64,000 bases of DNA from Chrysomallon squamiferum (GCA_012295275.1 CM022672.1:8184001-8248000); one strand, 5' to 3'; shown: positions 1-13,472, counted from the first letter of the stretch. Notes: generated from the letters alone by a model not told the origin. Translations and numbers: made by a program.

Positions 1-29
1 GATATAAACTAGATGTATGTGTAATCAAT

Positions 30-520
30 AGTATGCATTAAACCATTTACATAGTTTTCAGTTCTTTATAAACCATTTCTGTAGTGGATAGTTCGTGTTC
101 AAAACATTTTCAAGGTTTATAATAAGTAACAAATGATATCCGTTCTACAGCATATGATACAGTTTTTCTGGAGTCTGTTGATCTGATAAATTTTTTAGTC
201 TGTAATTCGCTATAAGCTGTACATCTGTTTTCTATAATTTGTAATTTATTCCTTCACTCTGTAACTGACGTTAAACCATTTCACTATCGTGCAGTTTGTG
301 AAGAAATATCTACACTGATTATAATTACTGATTAAATTCAAGTCGTGATATTCTCACTGTGTACACTAAAGTCTATAATTTGGAATAATCCATTTTCGAA
401 AGTGTATTATTCCTGTTAAACCTGCTCTATACCTAGTTATACATCATTAGAACACTGGAAAGTTCATGGTAAATAAAATCTGTAGTCTACAGTTTCTAAT
501 AAACTGTTTCCATAATTTAC
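30..520. repeat. Highly degenerate AT-rich minisatellite (~30-bp period, recurring 'taaaccattt' core)
   Basis: aaccattt/aaacattt/aaactgttt-like cores recur near 40, 70, 100, 273, 388, 500; the period is only roughly estimated by eye. Confidence 0.35.
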
Positions 521-528
521 AAAACGTA

Positions 529-563
<35 letters not shown>

Positions 564-675
564 CGATGATGTGTTAATGGTGATAATAATGATGATGATT
601 ATGATGATAACAATAAATAAATTCACTGATTAATCAAATAAAAAAAAAAAATAAAATAAAATAAAATAAAATGAA

Positions 676-710
<35 letters not shown>

Positions 711-809
711 AATAGTACTGATTATTTAATTCCTTAATCTACATTTTGTGATAAATTTTTTACATAAAGCACGCTTACTTGTTGAACTCTTGTTATATCT
801 TACGTATAA

Positions 810-1360
810 ATGACATCAGAAAACCTACGTATTTCTCTCATTTGAGAACCCATGTAATATTAGCATTAGAAAAGCCTACGCATTTTGTAACTAAAGAACC
901 TGCATGTTACTGGCTTCAGAAAACTACGTATATTGTTATTAAAACACTTGCGGGTTTATGCATTTGGAGAACCTGAACAGTACTGATTATTTGAAAATCT
1001 GACTACTTTTGTGTTACAAAACCTAAGCACTATTGCAGTTTGAATACCTACGTGCTTTTGTTATTCGAAAACCTGCGTATTAATGTCTCTGGGGAAACCT
1101 GTCTGTTTATGTTATTACAGAATCTGCCTAGAACTGGCATTTGAAAACCTGCATACGACTAACCATTTAAAAACTGAGTGCTTCTTTTATTAGAGAACCT
1201 GCTGACAGTGTATTTGAAAACCTACGTAATTCTGTTGTCCGAAAACCTGAATACTACTGTCGCTGGGAAAACCTACGTATTTCTAAACTTTTGAAATCGG
1301 GATGCTTCCTTTATTAGATGAACCTGCGAATTACTGTTTTTGAAAATCTCCGTAGTTCTG
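810..1360. repeat. Degenerate minisatellite, ~25-bp unit with core gaaaacct(a/g)cgta
   Basis: Core recurs about every 25 bp (near 819, 846, 871, 896, 921 ... 1218, 1243, 1269); roughly 20 copies. Confidence 0.75.
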
Positions 1361-1899
1361 TTGTGTAGTGTCTTGCGTAGTGTCTTCGCATAAACAGTGT
1401 TGTCTTTACAGAAAGTCTAATACTTCTGAATGCAGAAAACTTAAATACGGTTAAATTACTATTAGAGATTGCTTTGTTTTAACTATTTACTACATGTCTG
1501 TGTATATCAAACAGGTTCGTGCTGTCGTGACGCCTCGGATGAAATTAAAGGTTAATGATTATGAGTTTCGGTGGACATCTGTCACTATTACTATGCATTA
1601 TAATGTGGTTGTATTTGTTTGAATATCGCTAAATAACCTTTGCTTTACCTCAACAAACAGAGAACAATCAATTCGCAGCTGTTCCGAGTTTTATCACGAA
1701 ATGAGCTTTTCATTGTAAAACTCTCTTTTACACGTTCCGCCACATTACACTCGTATATTTATTAACTTATTTAACAAACACACAAATCATCTTAATATAA
1801 TTATATATATATATTTATATATTTTTTTTTATATTTAAATATTTTTTATGACATTATATGTTTTTGGTTTCAGTATTTGCGTACAATGCATTGTGAATT

Positions 1900-1989
1900 A
1901 TGTTAATAATAATAAAAAAATAAATAAATAAAAATATAATAATAATAATAATAACAATAATCATAATAATAATAATAATAACGATAATG

Positions 1990-2020
<31 letters not shown>

Positions 2021-2055
2021 TAATTTTAATAATAATACTAATAATAATACTAATT

Positions 2056-2118
<63 letters not shown>

Positions 2119-2120
2119 GT
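1900..2120. repeat. (AAT)n microsatellite
   Basis: Long aat run; source of the poly-Ile ORFs 1854..2195 and 1987..2253. Confidence 0.95.
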
Positions 2121-3050
2121 AGTATCTAAGCGGTTAAGTAACAATAAATTATATATAACATATAATACGCCTGTCATGGAAAAACCTTCTGACATTCATC
2201 AGTGGCCCAAACCACAACACATCGTCTGTAGAATTGAGCACGACAACACATGAACCCACCTGATGGAAGCTGGAACCGTTCCTGGTTTCAGACATCCACC
2301 CCAGTCAACACTGTAACAACCAAACATCGACAAGACAATATCCTTATGAAATGCGAATACATCACGGTATGTACGTATTGTTGTTACTGTGTCTTTTTAG
2401 AAAATGAATAATTTTTGTCTTTGACACAAAGCAGAGTGTTATTCGACTGTTATTTGTAAGGCAATAACACCAAGCATAATATGACCCGTTTGAAATTTCC
2501 TGTTGTAATTCTTTTCATTTGTAAATTTAAAGAAAAAAAAAGAAAAGAAAATCACAGCTTGATAATGTTATTTTGTGAATCATTGTTTGTGGATGAATAC
2601 AGCATACAATAAAAAACAGTTATATATTATGTCGTTTGCTAGCGCTGATAAATATTTAAAGTGCACCGATGATAATGTGGACAAATATGTTCTGTATCCT
2701 TCCACGTGATTGTTTTATTTCACTAACAACAACCTTAGCTAATAATAAAGTTTGATAATTAAACCCGTCTTTGATGTATTCTGCTGTTTTATTTTTCTTT
2801 CTTCTGTATTTTTTTTTTCTCCAAAAAGAAACATCGAGAAAAGAAATGAGAAAAATTGCAAATAAATAATTTCCGACTTGGATAATTATTTTTATACTTT
2901 ATCATTAGCAAAGGCTGCTGTGACAAACACAACAATCAGTAGCACAGCGGGAAGTTTAATATCAGATATATAAAATAATCACTTGGAGGATTACAAAACG
3001 TTGTCAGTTAGTATCACCAGAGGTACAATGCACGTGTGAGGAACACGTGG

Positions 3051-4214
3051 TTATAAGCACGTGATCCTGTCGGCGAACAGACGTTCCCGGCTGTTCTTTC
3101 TCGCCTGGTTGCTGCTGTTGGACCCGTTCTCCATCAGAGGAGGTCCGTACTCCGATTTGTTCACCTTCCTGTTGCCATTGCTCGCAAACATAGCCGTTTT
3201 CTGCCGTTCCAACAGACACTTGGGAAAGAGAATTCGTCGAAATGCTTCTCTGAATTCCGTGTTAAAAATACTGTATATGATGGGGTTCAAACACGAGTTC
3301 ACGTAGCCCAGCCACGTGAGGATTTTAAACACTACAGGGGGTATGCACGTTAAACAGAAAGCAGCAATGGGGTTGATGATGAAGAAGGGAACCCAACAAA
3401 ACAAAAACACGCCCATGATTATCCCCAACGTCACGGCTGCCTTGTGATCAGACACTTTGTACGACACTTTGCCGCCATCTTGAAATCTCTCGGCGTTGTG
3501 CGTTCGTTTTATGACCTCGACGTGTTTCCTGGCGTAGAGGTAGAGTTTGCAGTAGATTGACAACATGACGATGCACGGGATGTAGAAACTAATCGTTGAC
3601 GATACCACTGCGTAGATGGGGTTCAGTTCAAAAATACATTCGTCTGAGCTCACGGTTTCGTCCACGCTGTTTTCGTGCCAGCCGTTGTGAATAGGCACGA
3701 AGGAAATGAGAGCGGACAGAACCCACACGATGGCGATGAACAACATCGTTTTCCTCCTCGTCATCCAGTTGTCGTAGCGCAGTGGATCCTTGATGTGGAT
3801 GTAGCGATCCAGGCTGATGACGCAGAGGTTGAGGATTGAGGCCGTGGAACACATGATGTCAGAAGAAATCCAGATCTTACAAAACTCAGCACCCAGCACC
3901 CATTTCCCGAGAATGTCGTTGACGAGGGCAAACGTCATGACAAACGCTGCTACGAGAAGATCGGCTATAGCCAGAGACACTATGAAGAAGTTGGTATTCC
4001 GCTTCAGACGCCGGTCTGTGAACACAGCAGCACAAACCAGCAAGTTTCCGCCAATGGCGAGAACAATGATAATCGACAGAAAGGTTCCTATGACGACCTT
4101 TTCTGCTATACTGTAAACTCCCGCGTCTTCTTCAGCGAACGTTGTACTGGTGACATTGCGTTCTGGGTTGAATGTTGATACATCGTGCAAAGGACTGGTC
4201 CAGTTGTTCTGCAT
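3051..4214 (-). CDS. Dop1R1: D1-like (invertebrate DOP1/Dop1R1-type) dopamine receptor, class A GPCR, intronless CDS, 387 aa
   Basis: Seven TM segments with GNLLV (TM1), SLAIADL (TM2), Asp3.32 in SSDIMCSTAS, DRY, TM5 serines in VVSSTISFY (catechol binding), CWVPFF and NPIIY. The short third loop ending SDHKAAVTLG and the FKILTWLGY/IFNTEFREAF motifs are characteristic of DOP1-type receptors. N-terminal sequons NWT and NVT; C-terminus -ITCL. Confidence 0.92.
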   Translation of the reverse strand: MQNNWTSPLHDVSTFNPERNVTSTTFAEEDAGVYSIAEKVVIGTFLSIIIVLAIGGNLLVCAAVFTDRRLKRNTNFFIVSLAIADLLVAAFVMTFALVNDILGKWVLGAEFCKIWISSDIMCSTASILNLCVISLDRYIHIKDPLRYDNWMTRRKTMLFIAIVWVLSALISFVPIHNGWHENSVDETVSSDECIFELNPIYAVVSSTISFYIPCIVMLSIYCKLYLYARKHVEVIKRTHNAERFQDGGKVSYKVSDHKAAVTLGIIMGVFLFCWVPFFIINPIAAFCLTCIPPVVFKILTWLGYVNSCLNPIIYSIFNTEFREAFRRILFPKCLLERQKTAMFASNGNRKVNKSEYGPPLMENGSNSSNQARKNSRERLFADRITCL

Positions 4215-4226
4215 ATTCTGTATGAA

Positions 4227-4298
4227 CTATCTCCTCCACTTCGGTGCTGCAGACAACCAGGAAAAGACGAGAGAGCAGACAATAGGAGAGTGACTCAT
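4227..4298 (-). other. Upstream ORF (23 aa, MSHSPIVCSLVFSWLSAAPKWRR*) in frame with the receptor ATG
   Basis: ATG in caaccATGa context, 5 nt after acceptor (T)n-ctacag| (exon start 4303); TAG ends 12 nt before the main ATG at 4214. Confidence 0.55.
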
Positions 4299-5283
4299 GG
4301 TTGCTGTAGAAAAAAAAAAAAAAAAATTAAATAAATATCACTGACTTTCATGAAAGTTTATTAAACTGGAGTATATGTAAATACCTCTTACAACATCGTA
4401 ATGGGCAGAACGAATAAAAACGATAAAAAATTTTTTTTTAAAACTGCATATATTATAATACAGAGATTTATAAGTCTCCCTACTTTACAAATATTTGCAG
4501 AGATTCTAGATAATAATAATAGTATCTATGGCAGCAGCAACAACAATCTGAAAACAAAACAAAATAACAACAACAACAACAACAATATACAGCTATGACA
4601 TAACCATGGTGTGTATCTGTTTCCGAAAACCAACAACTGTTTCCTTCCTTAACTAAACAATTGATAACAAATAGTAACTGTTTAAAATTAGTGTCTTAGT
4701 GCAACCTAGTTAATTTACATCAGCCACATAACTGATATTTACAGGAGCTTTCATATTTTTTGTTTAGTTTAATTTGCTATTCGGTTCTTTTTGTTGGTTT
4801 GTTGTTGTTTTTTTGTTAGTTTGTTGTTGTTGTTTTTGATGCGGTGGTTGTTTTTTGGGGGGAGGTCTTTTTTTTGTATGATGATTTCATATAAAAAATT
4901 TAAAAAGACAATAATAGTGACGACAATAACAAAAACAACAATAATAGTATCAAAAATTTGGATAATGTTTTGAGTGAATCAGTGTGTGTTTATATGTATA
5001 TAACATATGTGTGTATATGTGTGTATATGTATGTATTTATGTATGTATATATGTATACATACATACATGTACACATATATATATACACACAGAAACACAC
5101 ACACATATATATACATACATACTTACATATATACATCAGTGTACAGTAAGATCTACGTTATGAATATCATTTTTTCCCCCAAAACTAGAGAATATGTGCT
5201 ATATATTGGATACAACTGACTTAATGAATGTTTACATCAAACATCTTATTGCTAACAATCATCATCTATCGTTTCTGTATAAT

Positions 5284-5323
<40 letters not shown>

Positions 5324-5499
5324 TATAATAACAACAACAACAATAACATTAATACTAGTACTACTACTACCACTACTACTACTCCTACTACTAATAATAA
5401 TAATAAGAAGAAGAAGAAGAAACAACAAAATAACAACAACAACAACAACAATAATAATGAGAAAACATTAACTATCACAATTCGTTGGTTATTACTTCC

Positions 5500-5650
5500 T
5501 GTAAGTAAAACTATTACAAATAAGACAGCACGTACCATGATATTTAGTAAACCACACAACGAGTTTAGGTGAAACGAAAAATATCTATAACGTGACATCG
5601 AGGAGAGGTGATCCTCAGACCTCCGAACCCCAGTGAAACCAGTGATACGC
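5500..5650. mobile_element. Degraded SINE-like interspersed repeat remnant
   Basis: Shares the exact 17-mer aagacagcacgtaccat (5522) with 32141. It resembles tRNA-derived gastropod SINE bodies as I recall them; not database-verified. Confidence 0.45.
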
Positions 5651-5979
5651 ACTTACTATTTGCTAAATTACAAACGTTATCTGACGCGTTTCCTGATTGT
5701 TTAACATCTTCCCATTCTATCTAACAGCAGCAATCGTGTGAAATGTTTTTGTTGTGTTATTACTACCAGTACCAGCTGTAGCCAAGTCGTGTTCTTTACG
5801 TTCTTCTTTTACCTCAATAATTTTTGGGTGATTTTTTTTTTTTTTTTTTTTTTTTTTTCTTTTTTTTTTTTAATATGTAATTTCTTTAAATAGTTTAAAT
5901 AAATTTAACTGTAAGATTAAAAAAAAAATTAAAATTAAAAAAATAATAATTTAAAATAAAATTAAAAAAAATAAATAAA

Positions 5980-6055
<76 letters not shown>

Positions 6056-6320
6056 ATTTTTAAATAAAATAAATAAACAAAATTTTAAAAATAAAGATAA
6101 AATGCAACAACAACAACAAAAAAAAAAAAAAAAAAAAAATAAAAACGAAACCGTTAGAATAAAACTCATATAAATAAATAAATAACATAAAACTTTGAGA
6201 CTGATTACCTATGACATTTGTAAAAGTTAAGCTGTCGGATGAAGATAACACATGGTTAATTTTACACTCACTCATTCTAAAATGTCAAAAATGTATAATA
6301 GCCAATAAAGACGTAAAAGA

Positions 6321-7129
6321 GAACTTTCACTCACTGCTGCTACAGTTATCCTTTTTCACTCTATTCAAAACAATTAACGTGTACAGCAAAATAATTAAAA
6401 TAAAGACGAATTATTTCTTGGCTTAACGAAATGAAAATGTTTTGTATTGTGAAGACTGTTGTCAGCATACGATTATATGTAGACGTATGTATATATATAT
6501 ATATATATATATAAAACTGTTCAAGTTTGTATTCGTTTATTTAAGTATTTGTGGTTGTATAGTCCGTCTTTGTAAGACGTGTTTTATTTGTTTATTTATT
6601 TATGGTGTATTTGTTTATTATTTATTTATTTATCGCTGTTGTTGCTTCTGATGGTGCTACTTTTGTTGTTGTTTTTGTTGATATTTACTGTTTTGTTGTT
6701 GTTATTGTTGTTGTTGATGATGATGTTGTCCCTGATGTTACTGTTGTAAGGTATTATAATAATAATAAAGCTATTTTTATCAATACTTCATTCATGAAAT
6801 ATCATAATGACCCAGCAACTTTCAGATGTTCTGATGAGGAATTAAGTAGGACGCCCTGACTTCTTACACACAGATAAAAATAACAAAAATAATCTTTAAT
6901 ACAGGAAATATAAACTCACACTGTGTAAGAACCGTTGAAAACAGGTTTTGTGAATCAGTTAATCGCCGAAGTTGTATATTACGTTTGATTAGGTATGTCT
7001 GGGGTGAATGTTTTGGATATCTGTTTGTGTTTATGCATATGTCTGTGTGTGTGAGAGAGTGTGTGTTTGTGTGTGTGTGTGTGTGTACGTGTGTGTGTGT
7101 GTGTGTGTTTGTGTGTGTTTATGTGTGTG

Positions 7130-7160
<31 letters not shown>

Positions 7161-7602
7161 CTGTGAGTGTGTGTGTGTACATAAGTACATTGATAGGTAG
7201 ATACACAGAGAGATATTTACATATATTATATATACACACACACACACAAAAACAAATGAAAGACAGAGGGACAGACAGACAAAAATTGAATAAACTATAT
7301 AAATATAATTTTAACAAATAAACAGTTTAATTTTAACTGACAAAAACATGACTAGCGATAATAATAATAATAATAATAAACCACCTCCATTAATGCAAAA
7401 ACTGACACATTTAGCTGAACCCGTCCCTTAATAATTTTTGCAACGACCCTAGTGTCAGACGGGTAGCAATCAATACAAAGCGTTTTCATTTCGTTAAGCC
7501 AAGAAATAATTCGTCTCTCTTTTAATTATTTTGCTGTACACGTTAGATATTTTGAACAAAGTGAAAAAAAAGGATGACTAAAGCAGCAGTGAGTAAAAGT
7601 TC
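6321..7602. repeat. Inverted repeat: ~130-bp arms (6321-6449 and 7471-7602) about 1 kb apart
   Basis: The reverse complement of 7471-7602 aligns to 6321-6449, including the near-identical block aacgtgtacagcaaaataattaaaa...gacgaattatttcttggcttaacgaaatgaaaa. Confidence 0.9.
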
Positions 7603-7869
7603 AACCTAACGGTTCAGCCTCGCCAGCGGCCTACAACTCAGACGTGTGTTTTTATTTCGTCTTCCGTCTGTGAAATCCTGTTTTCTTTTCGCGTTCTCCG
7701 CACAGATTAATTCCGTTCACTGTGGGGAATTTTATTGTTAGAAAACAAAGACGCCGTGATTTGTGCGTGAAGAGTTCAAAATAAATACAAACCATTTAAA
7801 CCGTCTCACTGAGAGGTTGACTAACTCTGTGTTTTACCCGCTCTGTAACTGTCGCCGTTTTTAACAAAT

Positions 7870-8700
7870 ACTAAACCATGTCTGAATTATAAATACACTG
7901 CATATACATTTTACAAAACTCTGTAACTCTATAATAAATACACGACAAGACTCTGTATTACAAAAATTCTACAAAACCACATTACAAATACTTTACAAAC
8001 GTCTGATTTACAAATAAACTGTAAATTTCTGCATTACAACCACACTACAAAACAGTATTACGACTACAATACAAAACTCTGTGCTACAAAAACACTACAG
8101 TATTATTATGTATTAAAAATGCTACAGAAAACTGTTTATTATAAATACTTCACAAACCCTGTCTTACAAATGGTCTAAAGTACTCTGTATTCAAATTAAC
8201 TTTAAAAAACTCTGAATTACAAACACATTCCAAAAGTCTACAAGAAATTACCTCTGTTACTAATACGACATAAAACTCTGTAATGCCAATATACTAGAAA
8301 ACTGTGTTTTACAAGTACTCCAGAAAACTATTATAAAAGCTTTTTCAAAAAATAAAATAAAAGCACTACCTCTTTTACAAATACTGTACATAACTTTATT
8401 ATTACAAACACTTTACAGAACTTTGTATTACAAACACTTTACAGAACTCTATATTACAAATTTACTGTACAGAACTCTGTATTGCAAATACTTTACAGAA
8501 CTCTATATTACAAATACTGTACAGAACTTTGTATTACAAATACTTTACAGAACTCTATATTACAAATTTACTGTACAGAACGCTGTATTGCAAATACTCT
8601 ATATTAATTACAAATACACTTCAGAACTCTATGAAAAATACACTACAGAATTCTATAATTAAAAGTATATATATATATTACTATATTACTACAAAATATA
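7870..8700. repeat. Minisatellite, 26-bp unit attacaaatactttacagaactctgt
   Basis: Homogeneous copies at ~8380-8660 grade into degenerate copies towards 7870; explains ORFs 8423..8662 and 8529..8783. Confidence 0.9.
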
Positions 8701-10764
8701 CAAATCTATTTAAAAGAATTAATAAACAAGGAAACGGCTACAGCAGATATATAACAAAATTTGGACTATATTATAAAAAGTGAACTCAGTTGCAGTGTGT
8801 CGGACGCGATTTAAGCGTACTTTGGTCAGAAAACTACCGAAGCCTGCTTTTCTTGTTAACTGTTTGAGATTTACCAAGATGATTTATCAATGATAGTGAC
8901 CCTGTACTAAATCTATATAATTTCTTAGCATAATTAGAAAATAAGCTGCCTGAAGAAATTAATAAAATATTCAATACAGATTACTGGTGTATACTTACTC
9001 ATTAAAACAGGTTAATATAAACACATCCAAATAGATACATCACAGAGATTTGAGTGTTAATCCTTTTGTTCACGTATCAGAATGAATTCACACTTTAACT
9101 CCTTATTCCAGCTATTGCTTCGGGTTTCGTTTCATCACGGTTTCCCCTGGTCTCAGTTGCCTGCTGATAAATTAACGTGTGTCTGATTTTAACAGACCAA
9201 ACGGCATTAAAAAAAAAAAAATGAAGATAAATTCAAACATTCGCTGGCTTTGGTTTTAACAACTGTTTGACTAACAGCCAAAAAAGAACTGCTGCCAGAA
9301 TTACATTTAATTGGTTCCTGTGATGCGTTTGGTCACCATGGTTAACTGACCAAGAGCAGTAAACTTAACGTATTGGCTTTAACTGTTCCTCATGGCCAAA
9401 TCGCAATCTCCTTTAGTTGTGTAGTAAGTAAACACAGCCAGCCAACCGAATCGATCGCAAAGTGTCCCCGCCTCGCCTAAACAAGAAATTCTAAACTTTC
9501 CTTTTCCAAACTTAGCCCAGGCAGCGAGGGTATCCGAGAGAACAGCACGACTGGTTTATTGAATACCTGCGTGTTTCTCTAGACTAGAACGTGCAGTCAT
9601 GTCACTCCTTGTCCAGCTATTTCCATGGGACAAAACAGATAAACACTTTCATATTATCACAGCTTTCTTTCACCCAGTAAAAATCACTGAACAGACAAAC
9701 GCAGGAGAACTTTGATTTAAATGTACGAGATTGCTGAAGCTAGCTTTTGTAACAACCATTCCGCAGAAAAAACACTGAAAGAGAAAATAAGCACAATTAA
9801 ACATTTGTTAAAAAATGTACGAGTGTGTGAAAGATTTTTTTTTTTTAACCTCAGCAACTCCAACAGTTAGAAATAAAATTTAAAAAATACAAATAAAATA
9901 AAATAACAGAATGATCCGTTGAATGAACAAGCCTAACAAACAAACAAAAAACTGGTTTTAAATGTACCACTTTGATTGTACAGCGGCAGTTCTGAGTTTC
10001 ACTCGAGTCTTTGTTTCACTCTCTCTCTCTCTCTCTTTCTCTCTCGCTGTCCGTGTTTCAGCCAGGCGAATGGCTGAACCGGAGAGTTGCTTTAATCGCA
10101 GTTCATCTGAACAGATCAATGAAAGAGCAGTAAAGTTAAGCTTTTCCCACCAACGAACCAGCTGTCGGCGCACGTTACCACAGCGTTATTCAACACAGCG
10201 ATACATCGCTTTTTCAAAAGTCGCTCGCTGCATATATTTATGTATATAAAAATGTACCTGTGTGTGAGTATGTATATCAAAACCAGCTGCTGTTCATTTA
10301 TCTCCCTCACTCCCTCTTACCTGTATAAACCTAAAAGTTCACAATAAAAGGTGGTGGGTAGAAAGAAGAAAAATATACAAACTACTGACTTTTTAACTCT
10401 TCTCGACAGAATCGTGAAATATCGATGCTCTCGAGGAGAACACAAGCAAAGAACATTTTGTTCCTGTCAGCCAGGTGATATGTTTTAATCGACAAACCAC
10501 ACAGGTGGACAAACTGGGCGGTTTACCTAAGCGCCAATCGGATTCCTTTTCTTTGTAATCATTGGCGACTTCTATCTCGCAGCAGACATAATAAAACTGC
10601 GATACGCCCACTGATACACAGATTAACAAAAATGACAGCGCATCACACAGATGCACCAGTAGATTGAAAGCCATTAATATGCCTCTGATACCAATAAACA
10701 AATACCGCTTATTGCCTTATGCTCGTTCAATCTTATCTGAAGGCGACTGTCGCCTGCAACACGA

Positions 10765-10950
10765 AAATTACTTTACTACGACTCTTACGTGTGTTATCAA
10801 CATTATTTTACTAAGACTGTTATGTGCGTTATGAATGTTATTTTACTAAGACGCTTACGTGTGCTATGAATGCTATTTTACTACGATTCTTGCGCTGTGT
10901 TATGAATGTCATTTTACTATCATTGTGATGTGCGTTATAAATGTTATTTG
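10765..10950. repeat. Minisatellite, ~35-bp unit ttattttactaagactgttatgtgcgttatgaatg, ~5 copies
   Basis: Direct tandem copies visible. Confidence 0.85.
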
Positions 10951-11704
10951 ATGATGATAGAACGGTCGTGAGGAATATAATTATATATATATATATATAT
11001 AACAAATTGTCACTCATAAATTTGATAAATGAATACTATTATGACTGATATTATTAACTTTTGTTCTTATTTTTAAAATATCTTTCTATTAAAAAACAAC
11101 AAAAAAACAACAACAAACTATTATTAAACCAAGGCCATGCATATAATGAATATTTTAAAATATTACCCATTCTCTGCTGACGTATCTTTTATATTATCGT
11201 GTCTGCTAGAGCCATTATGACTTTTCCTTCTATTTTTGTTTGCATTTAAATTCAAAAAGACCATTTTAACGTGTTGAAGTGGAGATGAGTTCTGTAAATG
11301 ACAAGTGGCTGTGAATATCAGTAATTTAATTTCCATGTCAGGCTTCTGTTAATTGTCGAGCAGTTGCGCAGTTCTCTCAACGTCAGCATCGTGAACGTGC
11401 ACGTGAATATTCTACTTGTTAATTTTTTCTCCCAGCTTAGCCTGCACGGAAATACATTAACCACGAAAACATGGACAGTCATGACACCATACGATTTAGT
11501 TATATCGTATAAAAAAAAACAATTATATAACAAAAAGGATCATAAAAAGTGAAAGGAAAAAAATTAAATTAAATTAAAATTCCACTTTAAATTATTAAAG
11601 TCATTAAATAAATTAGTTACGTGAAACAACACACTATACTTCACGTATCATTTCAGTGAAATGCGAAAAAAAAAAAACGGCTTTGTTTAATAGATTATTG
11701 ACAG

Positions 11705-11770
11705 CCGCAGGAGCATGAGAGGATCGATTCTTGTCGGTATGCTCACTGAACTATTTCCCGTTACAACTAA
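11705..11770 (+). mobile_element. SINE-like head/body remnant
   Basis: B-box-like aggatcgattc followed by ctatttcccgtt; related motifs at 29228, 48868 and (reverse) 32215. Confidence 0.35.
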
Positions 11771-12430
11771 TCTCCCAAGAATAATTAACCAATTTTCCTG
11801 TTTGTGAGAGGGAAAGTTAAAATATCATTTACCGCTATCACGAGGCTAGCGTATGGAGTAATTGCAGTGAATTTGCTCTTTCAGATTATTGTTTGTTAAA
11901 AAAAGAAAAAAGAAAAGGAAGTTAAGAAATGCATTTTAAAAACACAGTTATTGTGGTTCTTGTTGTTTTTTTCACTGAATCAGACTGATAAACATACAGA
12001 GAGATATACAGACATACAGACATACAAAACGTGCGGAGGCAAACAGATATGCTAACAATAATTTTCTTAGGTCGACACGTCTCTATTAATACACACATAA
12101 CCTACCTGGAATAGAAATGAAATATTTACAGAACGAATTAAAATCGGTTTCTTTAGGTTTTGTGTGAGTACGTAACAGAGTCTGACGCAAGCAAGTGAGA
12201 CGAAATACCTGCCTGTGCGTGGGTCACGGCTGACTTACGTGTCAGACACCGTGAAAAGACGAGTGTCCGGTTTCTCTGACACTTTTAATAAATAACGCAG
12301 CGCTAGTGTAGCGTCCCTGTCTGACTCCTTAACAGCCTTTTTAACAATTGAACAACTTTTTATCGTTATATTTATTTTTTCTGCCTAAATTTCAAATGTT
12401 TCTAATCTTATTTTCTATACCTGTTTTTTT

Positions 12431-12523
<93 letters not shown>

Positions 12524-12614
12524 CAGACAGAAAGACAGAGAACGGATAATGGACATAGAGAGAGATAGATAGATGGATAAACAGATGCACAGATAGATGG
12601 ATAGACAGATAAAC

Positions 12615-12699
<85 letters not shown>

Positions 12700-12770
12700 T
12701 ATATATAGATAGATAGACAAATAGATGTAGATATAGATACAGTTAGATACAGATGTATATATAGATAAAT
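12431..12770. repeat. (ATAG)n tetranucleotide microsatellite complex
   Basis: Long atag runs; source of the YLSI-repeat ORFs. Confidence 0.95.
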
Positions 12771-13438
12771 AGTTTCTAATTTTAACCACAAGAAAACGAG
12801 CAATTTGACACACCTAGAGTGCAGCTCGCACTTTGAATCACAATGACGGTGCACTGCAAGGAAAACCATTAAAGTGAAAACTCATGTTTAACATCATAAG
12901 TTAACAAAAAACCTTCACTAGTCGTATTATTTCTGCCCGGGAACCCACAGAGAGAATGTCATGGTTGAAGTGAAATATTATCGATATGAACTGATATACG
13001 ATACGCAATTTGAATTTCAAAACTTCCTCGTTCATTTTGACAAGATATTTGACAAGTCCTTCTACAAGTCCAAACTTTATTTATCTCAAACAGTTAACAG
13101 TGCAAACGGGGAGGATCTACAAACTTGTAATTTATATTAAAAATGTTGTGTGAAAAAAAAAAAAGAGTTTTGATATATAATAATAACAAAAACAATAAAT
13201 ACAGCAGCAACAGCAATAAGAACAACAAAATATATATATATATATAAAATACTACCTATAGACTATATGCAATTTATATTAGTCATGTTGTGCAATTATA
13301 CAAGAGCAACCATAATAACAGCAACCAGTAAAAATAGCAATACTACTAATAATAACAATAATAAAACGATAATAACAGATATAGCTACAACAATAAGAAC
13401 AAAAATAACATCATCAACAACAACAAAACAAGTAACAT

Positions 13439-13472
<34 letters not shown>

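Noticed and set aside
3004-4116. Alternative-frame and antisense ORFs overlapping the GPCR (3004..3219, 3061..3306, 3628..3852, 3817..4116)
   Set aside because: Shadows of the GC-richer receptor CDS
9332-9346. Second X-box-like motif gtcaccatggttaac
   Set aside because: The second half-site does not fit the consensus spacing
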